From IMG/VR virus record IMGVR_UViG_3300035670_000040, positions 66,821-130,820 of that record: 64,000 bases of DNA; one strand, 5' to 3'. This DNA comes from a virus. Positions 40,181 to 50,700 of the stretch are shown here, one piece after another. Under the pieces are notes generated by a model. It saw nothing but the letters and a program-made list of their open reading frames with translations. It was not told the origin of the DNA and did no database searches. A program made the position numbers and the translations under genes. Positions within the stretch are counted from its first letter, which is position 1; each line of letters opens with the position of its first letter.

Positions 40181-41214
40181 GAAGATGTTAATCCAGCCTT
40201 GTCCATACCTCTATAGAGTTTAGCGAATCTTTCATCTGTAGGTGGATATTTTTCTTTGAATGCTTTAAATGCTTCGTCATTTTTAACCATCTGTTTAATT
40301 TCAGTAACAGTTTTTCCAATCATTGATCTAGGACCATAACCAAATCCTGCTGGCGGTGGTGTTCTTTGCCCTAACATGGTTCCACCACCTTTTTGAAAAG
40401 GAGGTGTGGTTAATTTAACATTATCTTCTTTTTCTTTTAAGGTAGAGTATTTTTGAGATTCTACTGGATCAATAGTTACTAATGATCTAAACGGATTTCC
40501 TTCTCTATCAAAGAAGAAAATTACAGATTTATCTCTAGATTCAAGACCAGCAATTTGTTTTCCTGATGTTTCACTATCAGTTGAAATATCAGTCTTTGAT
40601 TTTGGTTTATAATATTTTACAATTTTTGGTTTAATGAAGTTTCTTTGTGCAACCTCACCCATATTATAAAAATCCTGTTCTGTAATTCCATATTCTGATG
40701 GATTTTGAAGAATATCTAGTTTGGTTAAAAGAAACGCAATATTAAAATAAAGACCGTGCCACTGTTGAAGATTTTCAATTAATTGTTTAGAAACATTCGG
40801 TCTTAATTTAGATTCACGTATTTTCTGTGTATTATAATATTTAAATTGAATTACATTATTTTCTTTAACCTGATCAAATGAATGATAAGGTGAAGTTGTT
40901 GCATTTATAAGACCTTCTACCAATTTTCTTTTTGTCTTTTTGAGTTCCAAATCGGGTAAATTATTAATTAAATTGAATAAATTAATAGCTTTATCAATAT
41001 CATCATTTCCAGATAAAATTGATTTTGATAATTCAGCAAATACAGCCTTGTCTTTTCCACCAGCAAAAACTGCTTTTGCTTTTTTTATAGCATCTTTCTG
41101 TGTTATTGATGCTCTTTTAATTCCAGTTTGCTCTACATCAGCCATCTTTGTTTTAAGACGACTTCTTGCCATTTCATTTACCAAATCTTTATAATAATCA
41201 TTAAACAAATTCAT
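40177..41214 (-). CDS. Basic hypothetical protein, putative internal head protein
   Basis: TAAATA 6 nt upstream; leader MNLFNDYYKDLVNE-MAR. Confidence 0.65.
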   Translation of the reverse strand: MNLFNDYYKDLVNEMARSRLKTKMADVEQTGIKRASITQKDAIKKAKAVFAGGKDKAVFAELSKSILSGNDDIDKAINLFNLINNLPDLELKKTKRKLVEGLINATTSPYHSFDQVKENNVIQFKYYNTQKIRESKLRPNVSKQLIENLQQWHGLYFNIAFLLTKLDILQNPSEYGITEQDFYNMGEVAQRNFIKPKIVKYYKPKSKTDISTDSETSGKQIAGLESRDKSVIFFFDREGNPFRSLVTIDPVESQKYSTLKEKEDNVKLTTPPFQKGGGTMLGQRTPPPAGFGYGPRSMIGKTVTEIKQMVKNDEAFKAFKEKYPPTDERFAKLYRGMDKAGLTSS

Positions 41215-41231
41215 ACTATATATTTACCAAA

Positions 41232-41465
41232 TTACCAGTACAGGTTGTGATGTAATGCTTCATCAAGAAAACCTTCTTGTTTCAAATAATCTTTAAGAGA
41301 ATTTAACAAAGATTTATCAACAACACTATTAGAAATCATTTTTACATTAAAATCTTGAAATGTAGTATTATCTATTGTAACGGTAAAATCAGTTCCTTTA
41401 TATGTCAATTTAACTTTATATGGTCCTTTTGGATTTTTGATTTTTTGGATTGATTTTTTATTCAT
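41232..41465 (-). CDS. Small early hypothetical protein (77 aa)
   Basis: Start reassigned to ATG 41465 (MNKKSIQK...), 7 nt after a -10 box; ends YLKQEGFLDEALHHNLYW. Confidence 0.65.
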   Translation of the reverse strand: MNKKSIQKIKNPKGPYKVKLTYKGTDFTVTIDNTTFQDFNVKMISNSVVDKSLLNSLKDYLKQEGFLDEALHHNLYW

Positions 41466-41472
41466 CGTATGA

Positions 41473-41501
41473 ATTTTAAAAATAAAAAACTGTATTGTCA
41501 A
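41473..41501 (-). promoter_or_regulatory. Near-consensus sigma70 promoter
   Basis: TTGACA-17 nt-TAAAAT on the minus strand. Confidence 0.75.
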
Positions 41502-41550
41502 GTCAAAGATTTTTCTTGAAGTTACGATACAGGTAATATAATTATAATAT

Positions 41551-43002
41551 ATGGAAATTATTAAAAATTGTGCATGTGGATGTGGAGAAATATTAAAAAA
41601 CCCAAAAAACAAATATGTAGTAGGTCATTCAAACAGAGATCCAGAAGTAAAAGCTAAAAAAGAAAAAGCTTATTTGGAAAAATATGGCGTAACAAATCCT
41701 AGCAAATCCAAAGATATTAAAACTAAAAAAGAAGAAACCAATTTAAAAAAATTTGGAACAAAATATGCAGCACAAAGTATAGATGTAAAAAACAAATTAA
41801 AAGAAAAATGGTTAGAAAAGTATGGAGTAGATAATCCTTCAAAATTAGATCACATCAAAACTTTAATTTCAGAAAAAGTAAAAGCTACAAGAGAAGAGGT
41901 AAGAGAAAAATCACAGAAATCATTTTATAAAACTATCCTAAATAGGTTAAAAGAAGAAGGGAAAATGGGAACATTAGAACCTTTGTTTGATATAGATGAT
42001 TATCAAGGAAGACTTTTAAAATACCCATTTAAATGTAGTGTTTGTTCAACTGTATCAGAAACCAATTTAAGATTATCATCAGAATCATTGAGATGTTTTA
42101 CATGTAACCCAAAGATAACAACAGGGGGACAATCTTTATTAGAAAGAGATATATGTGATTTTGTAAAAATATTAGATCCAGATATTAAAGAACAAAATAG
42201 AGATATTATATCACCATTAGAATTAGATATAGTTTCAGAAAAATATAAATTAGCAATAGAAATAGATGGATTATATTGGCATTCTGAAATAACAGGAAGA
42301 AAAACAAAATTCTATCATTCACTAAAAAGAAAAAATACCAATAATAGTGGATATAAATTAATACAAATATTTGAGGATGAATGGATAGAAAAACAAAAAA
42401 TTGTAAAATCCAGAATTAAAAATTTATTTAATAAGAACCTTAAAAAAATATATGCTAGAAAATGCGTAGTTAAAGAAATATCATCAGAAATTAAATCTAA
42501 ATTTCTAAAAAAATACCATATACAAGGAAATGATAAATCTAATTTACACTTAGGTTTATTTTATAAAAATAGATTGGTGTCTGTTATGACATTTAATCCT
42601 TATAGAGTTGCACTAGGAAACAAAGCAAAAGAAAATTGTTATGAATTAACTAGGTTTTGTTCAAACTTTAACTTCTCTGTCATTGGTGGTGCATCAAAAA
42701 TATTAAAATATTTTGAAACTAAATATAATCCAAAAGAAATAATTTCTTATGCTGATAAAAGATGGTCAGATGGAAATCTTTATAAAATACTAGGATTTAA
42801 TTTAGTAGGAGAAACTCAACCTAATTATTGGTATATCATAAAAAACCAAAGAAAACATAGATTTGCTTACAGAAAATCTGAACTATCAAAGTTGTTAAAG
42901 ACATATGATGGAAATCTATCAGAATGGCAAAATATGCAACTAAATGGATATGATAGAATATGGGATTGTGGAAGTTTTAAGTTTGAAAAAACTTATACAT
43001 AG
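41551..43002 (+). mobile_element. Free-standing Hef-like homing endonuclease gene
   Basis: CACGCG, repeated LEKYGVxNPS units, CxxC...CxxC ribbon, ELDI...LAIEIDGLYWH (Vsr/DUF559-like), C-terminal IYARKC...YELTRFC...GGASK...SYAD...IWDCG domain; antiparallel to gene 23. Confidence 0.8.
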
Positions 43003-43007
43003 AAAAT

Positions 43008-43044
43008 AAAAAACCCGTTGATATTTCTATCAACGGGTTTTTTT
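43008..43044. terminator. Bidirectional intrinsic terminator between gp23 and the endonuclease
   Basis: AAAAAACCCGTTGATA-TTTC-TATCAACGGGTTTTTT. Confidence 0.92.
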
Positions 43045-43059
43045 GAGGATTCTATCAAC

Positions 43060-44502
43060 TTAGAGATAGAGACGACCAGCAGTTTGAGCAACATTGTCGG
43101 TACCAAGTCCCTTAACGATGATAAGGTGGTAGTATAAGCTCGCACCGAAGATATGATCAACAACACCATATCTAGTCATAAGACCAACTCTTGGGGAGAA
43201 GTCGTTAGGACCGATAGTGCGCTGAATCATAACCGGAATATACGGACAATATACAATACCTGTATCATAATATTCAGAACCTTTGTAACCTAAAAGTGCA
43301 TACTCAATTGCATCAGCTTGGCTTCTTGCGCCAGCAAGGAGTTGAGCTTCGGTACGAGTATCACGGTAGATGGTGAAACGTCCACCAACAGTACCAACCT
43401 TGGCAATACCAGTAGGTTGAGTGTTGACGTTGCCGTTTACAGGCATCCATTGAAACTCTGGTAACATCTCCAAGATTGTGCAAACGCGAGGAGTGGCAAC
43501 GATGAAGTTGGCAGATCCACGGCGGTTACGAATTGCGATGCGGTTAGCCTCGACAATAATCTTGCTGTAGAAGTCACGGTTGCGTTCGCCAAGCCAACGG
43601 GCATCAGCGGAAGCAGCGTACCAGAAACTATATCCATTACCTTTACCTGCATTAAGAGCGATCTGGACCATTCTCATGATCATTTCACGGTCGATTTCGG
43701 CCTGAATTTCATACGACATAGCGTTTGTTAATTCAGAATCAACATCGAGTCCGTTCATGTTCTTCATGTCCTGCTCAAGTTCAACAGACCAGCGAGCAGC
43801 AAGACGACGAGTCTTAGCTTCAACAGCTGTTTTAGCGAACTCAAGAGAAACTTGAGGAATATTTCCAGTTAACTCAAACTGACTTAAAAGTTGAGCAACA
43901 CCTTGATCTTCGGAGACGTACTTGAAGTCGTCATGACCGGAGAGGAATGCACCACTAGTGCCAGTAAAGCGGGTATCAAGGTTTTGATAACCAAGTTCAC
44001 CACCGTTATTTTGGCGTGGAACGCCATCATTTCCGACGGTTTGTGGTCCAAGTGAGCCGTATCCGTCAACACCTGTTCCACCTAAACTTGCGGTATCATA
44101 CTTGTAACGCATAGCGAATGCCAAACCAACTGGACCAGCCATTGGCTGAACACCGACGATTTCGTTAGTGATAAGCTCAGGGAATGTACGACGAACCATT
44201 GGTATTAATACCTTTGGAAGTCTTGCATCACCTGTTGCATAACTATCACTGTTAGAAAGACCAGTCTGACCAGGTGCACTTCCACCGTAAACACCACCGA
44301 GAACTCCTGCGGTATTTCCAGCTTCTTCAATGCACCAACGCTCTTGGTTTTCCATGAGAATAGCCGTAGCGAGACGAGAATGCTCGTCTTCGATAGGCTT
44401 CACACGATCTGAACTATAGTTCAAAACGGGTGCCCATTTCTCTAAGAGAGTGTTAGCACGACCTTTGTCGATAAATCCTGTTGAGGGTTTGATTGTATTC
44501 AT
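43060..44502 (-). CDS. gp23: Major capsid protein, gp23-like
   Basis: LLEKWAPVL, LMENQ, VGVQPMAGPVGLAFAMR, AKTRRLAARWSVELEQD, EIQAEIDRE, YCPYIP, PRVGLMTRYG. Confidence 0.98.
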   Translation of the reverse strand: MNTIKPSTGFIDKGRANTLLEKWAPVLNYSSDRVKPIEDEHSRLATAILMENQERWCIEEAGNTAGVLGGVYGGSAPGQTGLSNSDSYATGDARLPKVLIPMVRRTFPELITNEIVGVQPMAGPVGLAFAMRYKYDTASLGGTGVDGYGSLGPQTVGNDGVPRQNNGGELGYQNLDTRFTGTSGAFLSGHDDFKYVSEDQGVAQLLSQFELTGNIPQVSLEFAKTAVEAKTRRLAARWSVELEQDMKNMNGLDVDSELTNAMSYEIQAEIDREMIMRMVQIALNAGKGNGYSFWYAASADARWLGERNRDFYSKIIVEANRIAIRNRRGSANFIVATPRVCTILEMLPEFQWMPVNGNVNTQPTGIAKVGTVGGRFTIYRDTRTEAQLLAGARSQADAIEYALLGYKGSEYYDTGIVYCPYIPVMIQRTIGPNDFSPRVGLMTRYGVVDHIFGASLYYHLIIVKGLGTDNVAQTAGRLYL

Positions 44503-44586
44503 ATGTTTTTTATTTTACCTTTCTTTTTTTTGGATTATGTTTTTCTAGAAAAGAACCATTCTCTTCTACAACTTTAAATCTTTTTT

Positions 44587-45474
44587 TTATGATCTTTTGA
44601 GTTCTGTTAAATAATCAGTTACAGGGTTATAATCCTGTAAATTTGGTTTTACAGATTCAACTACTAATGAAGGAACTTTTGCATCTTTTGATACAGATTT
44701 TGTCTTTGCTTGTTCAGCAAGAACTGTTCTTTCTTCGTTTTCGTCTTTCTCAAACATATCAACAACATAATTGAAATTTTCTTCAATATATTCTGGAGAT
44801 TTGTCACATAAAATTTTTCTTAAATATTCCTTTTTGGATGAACCCATTCCTTTTGTTTTCTTTTCAAGAAGAAGTGCTGAATTTGATTGTTCTACAAGTG
44901 TAGAAAGTTTAGCATTTTCATTGTAGGATTCATTTAGTTTTTCTTGAAGTTCATTAATTTGATTATTTCCTTTTTTAAGAACTTCTTTTACATTTTCATT
45001 TAATTGTTCAGGATCAAGATTAAGCATGTTCTTGATTTTTTCCAATTGAGTCCTTGCGTGTGTATTTGCAACAGCTTCTTCTAATTGTTGAACTGGCATT
45101 TGTTTTTCTAAATAAAGATCCAGATAATTGCTAATTTGATTAATTAAATTATTACTAAATTGTTCAGCTTTTTCATTCAAAGAATTTTTATAAAGGTCTA
45201 TAACTTCTTCAAGCTTTGTTGTATGGTTTTCATTGATTGCTTCAACTACTTGCTTTAACTTATTGGTGTGATCAAGATCCAATGCTTCTATTAAGTTCTG
45301 AAGTTTTTCTGCGTGTTCTTCATCTTGTTTTAAAAGAGCAGATTCTAATTGTAAAGAAACTTTTGTTTCTACCTTTTCATTTACCGCTTTGTTAAAAGCT
45401 TCTGCAATTGCGGAAGCGGTTTCTTCATTAAGAACGGTTTGATCCAAATTTTTGAGAATCGATGAAATATCCAT
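44587..45474 (-). CDS. gp22: Prohead core scaffolding protein, gp22-like
   Basis: Coiled coil, AFNKAV, NYLD, many LNE sites; directly before gp23. Confidence 0.85.
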   Translation of the reverse strand: MDISSILKNLDQTVLNEETASAIAEAFNKAVNEKVETKVSLQLESALLKQDEEHAEKLQNLIEALDLDHTNKLKQVVEAINENHTTKLEEVIDLYKNSLNEKAEQFSNNLINQISNYLDLYLEKQMPVQQLEEAVANTHARTQLEKIKNMLNLDPEQLNENVKEVLKKGNNQINELQEKLNESYNENAKLSTLVEQSNSALLLEKKTKGMGSSKKEYLRKILCDKSPEYIEENFNYVVDMFEKDENEERTVLAEQAKTKSVSKDAKVPSLVVESVKPNLQDYNPVTDYLTELKRS

Positions 45475-45487
45475 AAGTTATATAATT

Positions 45488-45706
45488 TTATTTACCTTTC
45501 TTTGATACAGTTTTGTTATTTTTTTTACAGTCACTACAATGTTTTTTCTTTTTTTTACAATCATCACAGCAATATTCTTTTTCTTTAACTATTTTTTTTA
45601 CCTTTTGTTTTACCTTTTCTGTCAAAATAGTTTTCAATAGAGAATCCGCTAAAGAATAATTTTTTTCACAAATAGCTGTTATAAATTTTGAAATGTCATT
45701 TCTCAT
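45488..45706 (-). CDS. Small prohead core protein (gp67/68-like) with Cys/Lys-rich tail
   Basis: FITAICEKNYSLA...; CCDDC...HCSDC; position between gp21 and gp22. Confidence 0.55.
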   Translation of the reverse strand: MRNDISKFITAICEKNYSLADSLLKTILTEKVKQKVKKIVKEKEYCCDDCKKKKKHCSDCKKNNKTVSKKGK

Positions 45707-45716
45707 ATTTTAATAC

Positions 45717-46388
45717 TTACAAAGTTTTGAGTGCATTAATAAACGCAATTACTTGTTCTTTTAAATATTGATTTTTATTGTTTCTTGGAAGATTACCAAT
45801 ATTTTTTTCAAATCTTTCAAACAATGGTTCAAAATTTCCATTTTCAGTTAAAATCCATTGTTTTGATTCAAGAATACCATTAACAAATGCTGTTGGAACG
45901 GATGGATCAGCAACAACATCAACAGCAACAAGTCTAAAGTCTGAAACTTTATTGTATTGACCATCTGAATCAAGTCTTCCTAATGCTCTAGAAGAAACAC
46001 CTAATTTAACTCCATCAAGAATAAGTGATCTAACAATTTGTCCCATAGGGGTAGAAAGAATTCTGGATTTTCCTTCAAATATATTTCCGTTTTGTTTTAA
46101 TTCTGTCACCATATGACAGATTCTTTCTAGATTTATTTCTGGCGAGGAAGGATGGTTTAATTCTCCTGTAGACCTTTTTCCTAAAATCATCTCGTTAGAA
46201 TATCTATCGACCTCTTTAACCATTTCTTCCAATGGATAAATTCTTTTGTTTTTGTTAGCTTCATTAGCCATCAAAAATGGACCATGAATAAATAAATTAG
46301 AAGGAGAGTTCCTGTTTTTTTCTTCAACTAAATATTGAACTTCATATGTTGGTTCTTCAACTAAAAGTCGATAGGCGTTATTCTGCAT
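45717..46388 (-). CDS. gp21: Prohead protease, gp21-like
   Basis: NKNKRIYP, GELNHP, ILSTPMG, LGVSSRALG, DVVADPS. Confidence 0.96.
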   Translation of the reverse strand: MQNNAYRLLVEEPTYEVQYLVEEKNRNSPSNLFIHGPFLMANEANKNKRIYPLEEMVKEVDRYSNEMILGKRSTGELNHPSSPEINLERICHMVTELKQNGNIFEGKSRILSTPMGQIVRSLILDGVKLGVSSRALGRLDSDGQYNKVSDFRLVAVDVVADPSVPTAFVNGILESKQWILTENGNFEPLFERFEKNIGNLPRNNKNQYLKEQVIAFINALKTL

Positions 46389-46411
46389 AATATATTATAT
46401 TATTATTTACA

Positions 46412-46882
46412 CTAGTTAAGTGTAATTTCATTCTCAGTTAGTATTAAAAATAAAAAATTATTTTTTTCGCACCATTTTTTTGCTGCATTAAACTTAGCTG
46501 TATTTGTAGCATATTGAACATTTTCATATATTGTTGTCTTCTGTGACTTTTTATTAGAAGGAATAGGAGGTTGTGTTTGTTTAAATGGTTTTACTTCTAT
46601 TAAAACTTTTTTTATACTACCATCTTTCTGTTTTATACTAGCTACCATATCAACAAAATATCTATGTAATTTATTATCAAGAGGAGAAATGTACGGAATA
46701 ACAACAGATTCAGAACCCCATGTTAATACATTTGAATTGTTATCTAGCATTCTCATTGCATTAAGTTCCATTTTAGATCTATATATAATAGGAAGAGTTC
46801 CTTTATATTTTGATGGATTTAGTGGTCTAAATCTACCTTGTTTATAATTTGTATTTTTTTTAATTAATTGAGGTTTTATCAT
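46412..46882 (-). CDS. gp4: Head completion nuclease, gp4-like
   Basis: QGRFRPLNPSKYKG, YRS, WGSE, HRYFVD, IEVKP, N.AK..AA, ILTE. Confidence 0.92.
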   Translation of the reverse strand: MIKPQLIKKNTNYKQGRFRPLNPSKYKGTLPIIYRSKMELNAMRMLDNNSNVLTWGSESVVIPYISPLDNKLHRYFVDMVASIKQKDGSIKKVLIEVKPFKQTQPPIPSNKKSQKTTIYENVQYATNTAKFNAAKKWCEKNNFLFLILTENEITLN

Positions 46883-47778
46883 CCAACAAAAAATGCTGTT
46901 ATTGGTTCTCTATCTATTAAGTCTTTTGTAATTTCTTCTTCAAGCTGTTGTTTTTCTGCTATACCTTGACTCATTACATCTTGATGATTAACTGTTTGAT
47001 TACCAAACAAGTTAGTTCCACTATATTTCCCTCTTACATGACCAATTGTAATTTTACTAAGAGCAAGAACATATCTATAAATCCAAAGTTGACTAACAAT
47101 ATCTCTGATTGGTTTTTGTACATGACAACCAACTAATCCATAATATATTTGTTGTGTTGATGGTTCTGGAATTAATCTTAAATATTGTGTTTCTGGAGAA
47201 AATCTAAAATATGGTTTTAGTGCTAATAATTTCTCTCTAGTATCTAACCATTCTTTTAGTGCATTCCATGTAATTAAATCATATCCAACATTTCCTAATA
47301 GATGACCAAAATATGCTTGTTGTGCTATTGTATGTTCTATTGTAAAAAGTGTATTAACACCAGAATTATTTCCTTCCATGAACGAGAATACATCAATAAC
47401 CTTTCTATAGTCATCCATGTCGAAATCATAAGCAGCACTTAATCCAACAGAATCGGTCAGTATATCGTTTCTATTTGGATTATACATCTCTGGTGTTACA
47501 CTGAAAAGTTTATCCATTCTAAGACCTTTTCCTGGTTCATAAAGGTCTGATCTAAATACTAAATATTCTTCAGTGGTCCCACCAAATTTCGTGAAATATT
47601 CACAAGCAATATCTATATTTTCATACATTTGCTCACTGCTTATTTCTACTTCAATTAAAGGTTCTCCTAATGATCTTCTAACTCTTTGAGCTAAGTGATC
47701 ATAACTTTTAATTTTTGAATTAAAAGTTGTGCTTCCATGAAAAGGGTTAGGTAATACTGGCTGTGGAGGATATGACAT
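46879..47778 (-). CDS. gp13: Neck protein, gp13-like
   Basis: RSLGEPLIEVEI...Q, W...Y.LAL.K...G..RGKY, FFVG end. Confidence 0.9.
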   Translation of the reverse strand: MSYPPQPVLPNPFHGSTTFNSKIKSYDHLAQRVRRSLGEPLIEVEISSEQMYENIDIACEYFTKFGGTTEEYLVFRSDLYEPGKGLRMDKLFSVTPEMYNPNRNDILTDSVGLSAAYDFDMDDYRKVIDVFSFMEGNNSGVNTLFTIEHTIAQQAYFGHLLGNVGYDLITWNALKEWLDTREKLLALKPYFRFSPETQYLRLIPEPSTQQIYYGLVGCHVQKPIRDIVSQLWIYRYVLALSKITIGHVRGKYSGTNLFGNQTVNHQDVMSQGIAEKQQLEEEITKDLIDREPITAFFVG

Positions 47779-47788
47779 ATTATATTAC

Positions 47789-50700
47789 TTATATATTTGT
47801 AGTGTGTGGAACCAATATACTAGCTTTTTGTATACCTTGGTTAATAACCTTTTGATTGTTAATAATCTGTTGAAGGGTTCCAGTAGTACCAAACTCTAAT
47901 TCATTTCTTCCAGTTGTAATTGCATCTGAATAAAGCAATATCGTACCAGCAACATCTACCTTTGCATATATAGTACCGCTTAAGGTAACACCACTAACAA
48001 CATCTCCGTATAGGAATCTATAGATTGTTCCGGTTAAAGTATCTCCTTCATTTGTATTATTGTTTCTGTCGTTTTCGGTTGGGAATAAAGTTAAAGAAGT
48101 TACACCACCAAGTATTAATTCGCTATTAATATTTGTTGCTCTTATCTTAACGTCATCAGAATAAGTTGTTCCGTTTTGAGCAATTATATTTCCATTAGAA
48201 ACAAAAAGAATATCTTCACTTAAACCAGAACACTTTAATGTTAATAAAGTAGAGCCGTTGTATGTCAGTATACTTCCAGAAGTTGCATCTAATGTAACGT
48301 TTTTATTAATAGTTATCGAACCAAATGCTTTACCATAGAACGGAACGTAATCAATACCAGATGTTGTAGTGGTCCAGTAGTTTAAATAATTGTAAATTTT
48401 TTCCGATGTATTTAAATCTGTATAAGCCGCAACGGTTGCTGGATCAGATGTAACAAAGTTATCAGGTGTATAACTAGGAGCAATTTCTATTGTAGCACCT
48501 GTATTACCATCAACTACAAAGGAACCTTGAATAAACTGATAACCGTATCTTGATATTTTATATGTCCAAGTACCCGTAGCATTAGAAGGTAACACAATTG
48601 TGCCATCAGTATTTTGATAATATTGTCTCGTTCCTGTATCATCATATATTGCTAAATATCCACCATTTAAAGTTACATTTAAAATAGTTGGAATAAAGTC
48701 AACAATCTCAGCATCCGATCCATTAGCTATTGTAGAATTAGTTTTTTTGACTGTAACAATTCCACTACCATCATTCTGAACAGTATCCATTGTACAATCT
48801 GTATATTCTATGGTTGTATTAGAATTAGTATTATATGCAAGAGTTCCTTCCATATAGATTCCAGACAAGCTTACAGGAGTTGCTTGGAATACATTTCCGT
48901 ATATATCAATTTCTCCAATTGTTGAACCGCTCGAAAGGTAAATGTTGCCAGTTGTTCTTAAACCAATAAAATTACTTCCACTTGATAACAACGGAGTTTT
49001 AATAGTTAAAGTACTAGAAGCTTCCACATATGAGAGCGCTTCAGAAACAGAATTATCAATAACAATATTTTTAGAACCAAGGTCTAAAATATTTCCGTCC
49101 CTAGTATGCAAATCTACGTAAGTGGAAAGAGATGGATTTGTAACAGACCAGTAGTTAGAAACATCGTATAAATAATCTAAATTATTAACTACAGAAATTG
49201 CAGACACTTGATTTTCGGTTAATGTTGTTAACGTATCTACGGTTTTGTATGTAAACGGATCAAAAATAAAACCATAATGCCTAGAACCTGGGTTAATCGG
49301 GTCGAAAGTTAGTCCGTCTAAATATATATTGGCTGTTATAGATGAAGTCTGACCAAATACAGTCATTGTTATATCTCCGTCATTTACTGGAGTTACTGTT
49401 AAATCAAATTTTTGCCATTGATCAGGAAGAGGGTCACAATTAAACTCTTGGGTGACAGCAGGGTTACCAAAATCATCAGTAAATGTGACATAAGGTAAAT
49501 TTTGATCACCGTAAATAGAATCGTATTTTAAATATCCAATGTATCTTTGCGAAATATTGGCTTTTGCTGGAATTTTTTCAGAAATATAAAAAGATTGGTT
49601 CGCTATTCTTGAGTTGAATTGATACGAAGCTAATCCTCTATTTCTAACTGAATAATTTCCACTCAATGCAACCCAAGAATTATTTCTGCTGTTAGATAGA
49701 GGATTTTCTTGCAGAGAATACGCGTTTAATACAAATTGTTTGCTCGTTTTTAATGTGCCTACTGTAATCAACGAAGGAGATAAAACGGTTGTACAATTTA
49801 TAAAATCCATTAACCCAGTGGAAGATTCTGATATAGCAACCAGAGGGCCATTTACTGATTCGAGGTATGTATTTCGTACTGTAACCTTATCAAAAATACC
49901 AGGTCCGAGTCTAAAATTACTGGCATTGCCGTTTATTCTAAAATAGGAATCTAGAATGTTAATTCTTGCTGCTTGGAGGGCATCACCAAAAAGACTATTA
50001 GTGGTGAATGTTCTAAGATTATTAATATTTAAATCGAAACAGCCTCTACTGTCAAAACCATAAGCTGTTCTATATATACAAGAATTAGATACATTTGCCG
50101 AAGAACCAGAACCCAACCCGACACCTCTCGCAACACCTTGAATACCATAAGAAGCTATGTTATTAATAGTTGTTGGAAATGACACACCTCCTCCGAGCGA
50201 AAGTATTGTACCAAATACGTTGCGAGGGGAATAGAATGATACACTATCAATGAGCACTGACCGTCTTGCGTATGTTGCAGCGACATATATGATACCACCC
50301 CCACCATAAACACCATGAAAATTAGTAAAGCTGCAGTTTTTAAATTCATATAAAGAACTGTTACCGTTGGTATTTATAAACACCCCATAACCATTAGAAG
50401 AACCGCCAGATATAGAATCAATGCCGGGTCTTATTGTTACGTTGCTAGAAAAATTACCGACATATACACCTGATGGAAAATTTGCATTTAGTGTGTTGCT
50501 TATTGTCACAACATTGCCGTTTATATTTGTAATTGTTGCTAAGATATTAGGAGTAGCTGGTGCTGGTACATAAGGAGGTTCTAACACTACAATATCTCCA
50601 ACTTCCCAGTTAGTACAATCTAATACCGAAAGCGTGTTAGTTCCAGTTGAATGTGGTCCGTCTAATTGCGTGTTTCTGGTTTTATGTTTGCCGCAGAATG

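Noticed and set aside
41466-41612. 126-aa version of the minus-strand ORF
   Set aside because: It overlaps its own promoter and the endonuclease start; ATG 41465 fits better.
46412-46882. TnsA-like transposase of a Tn7 element
   Set aside because: Context between gp13 and gp21 and the motifs fit the gp4 head completion nuclease; no other Tns genes.
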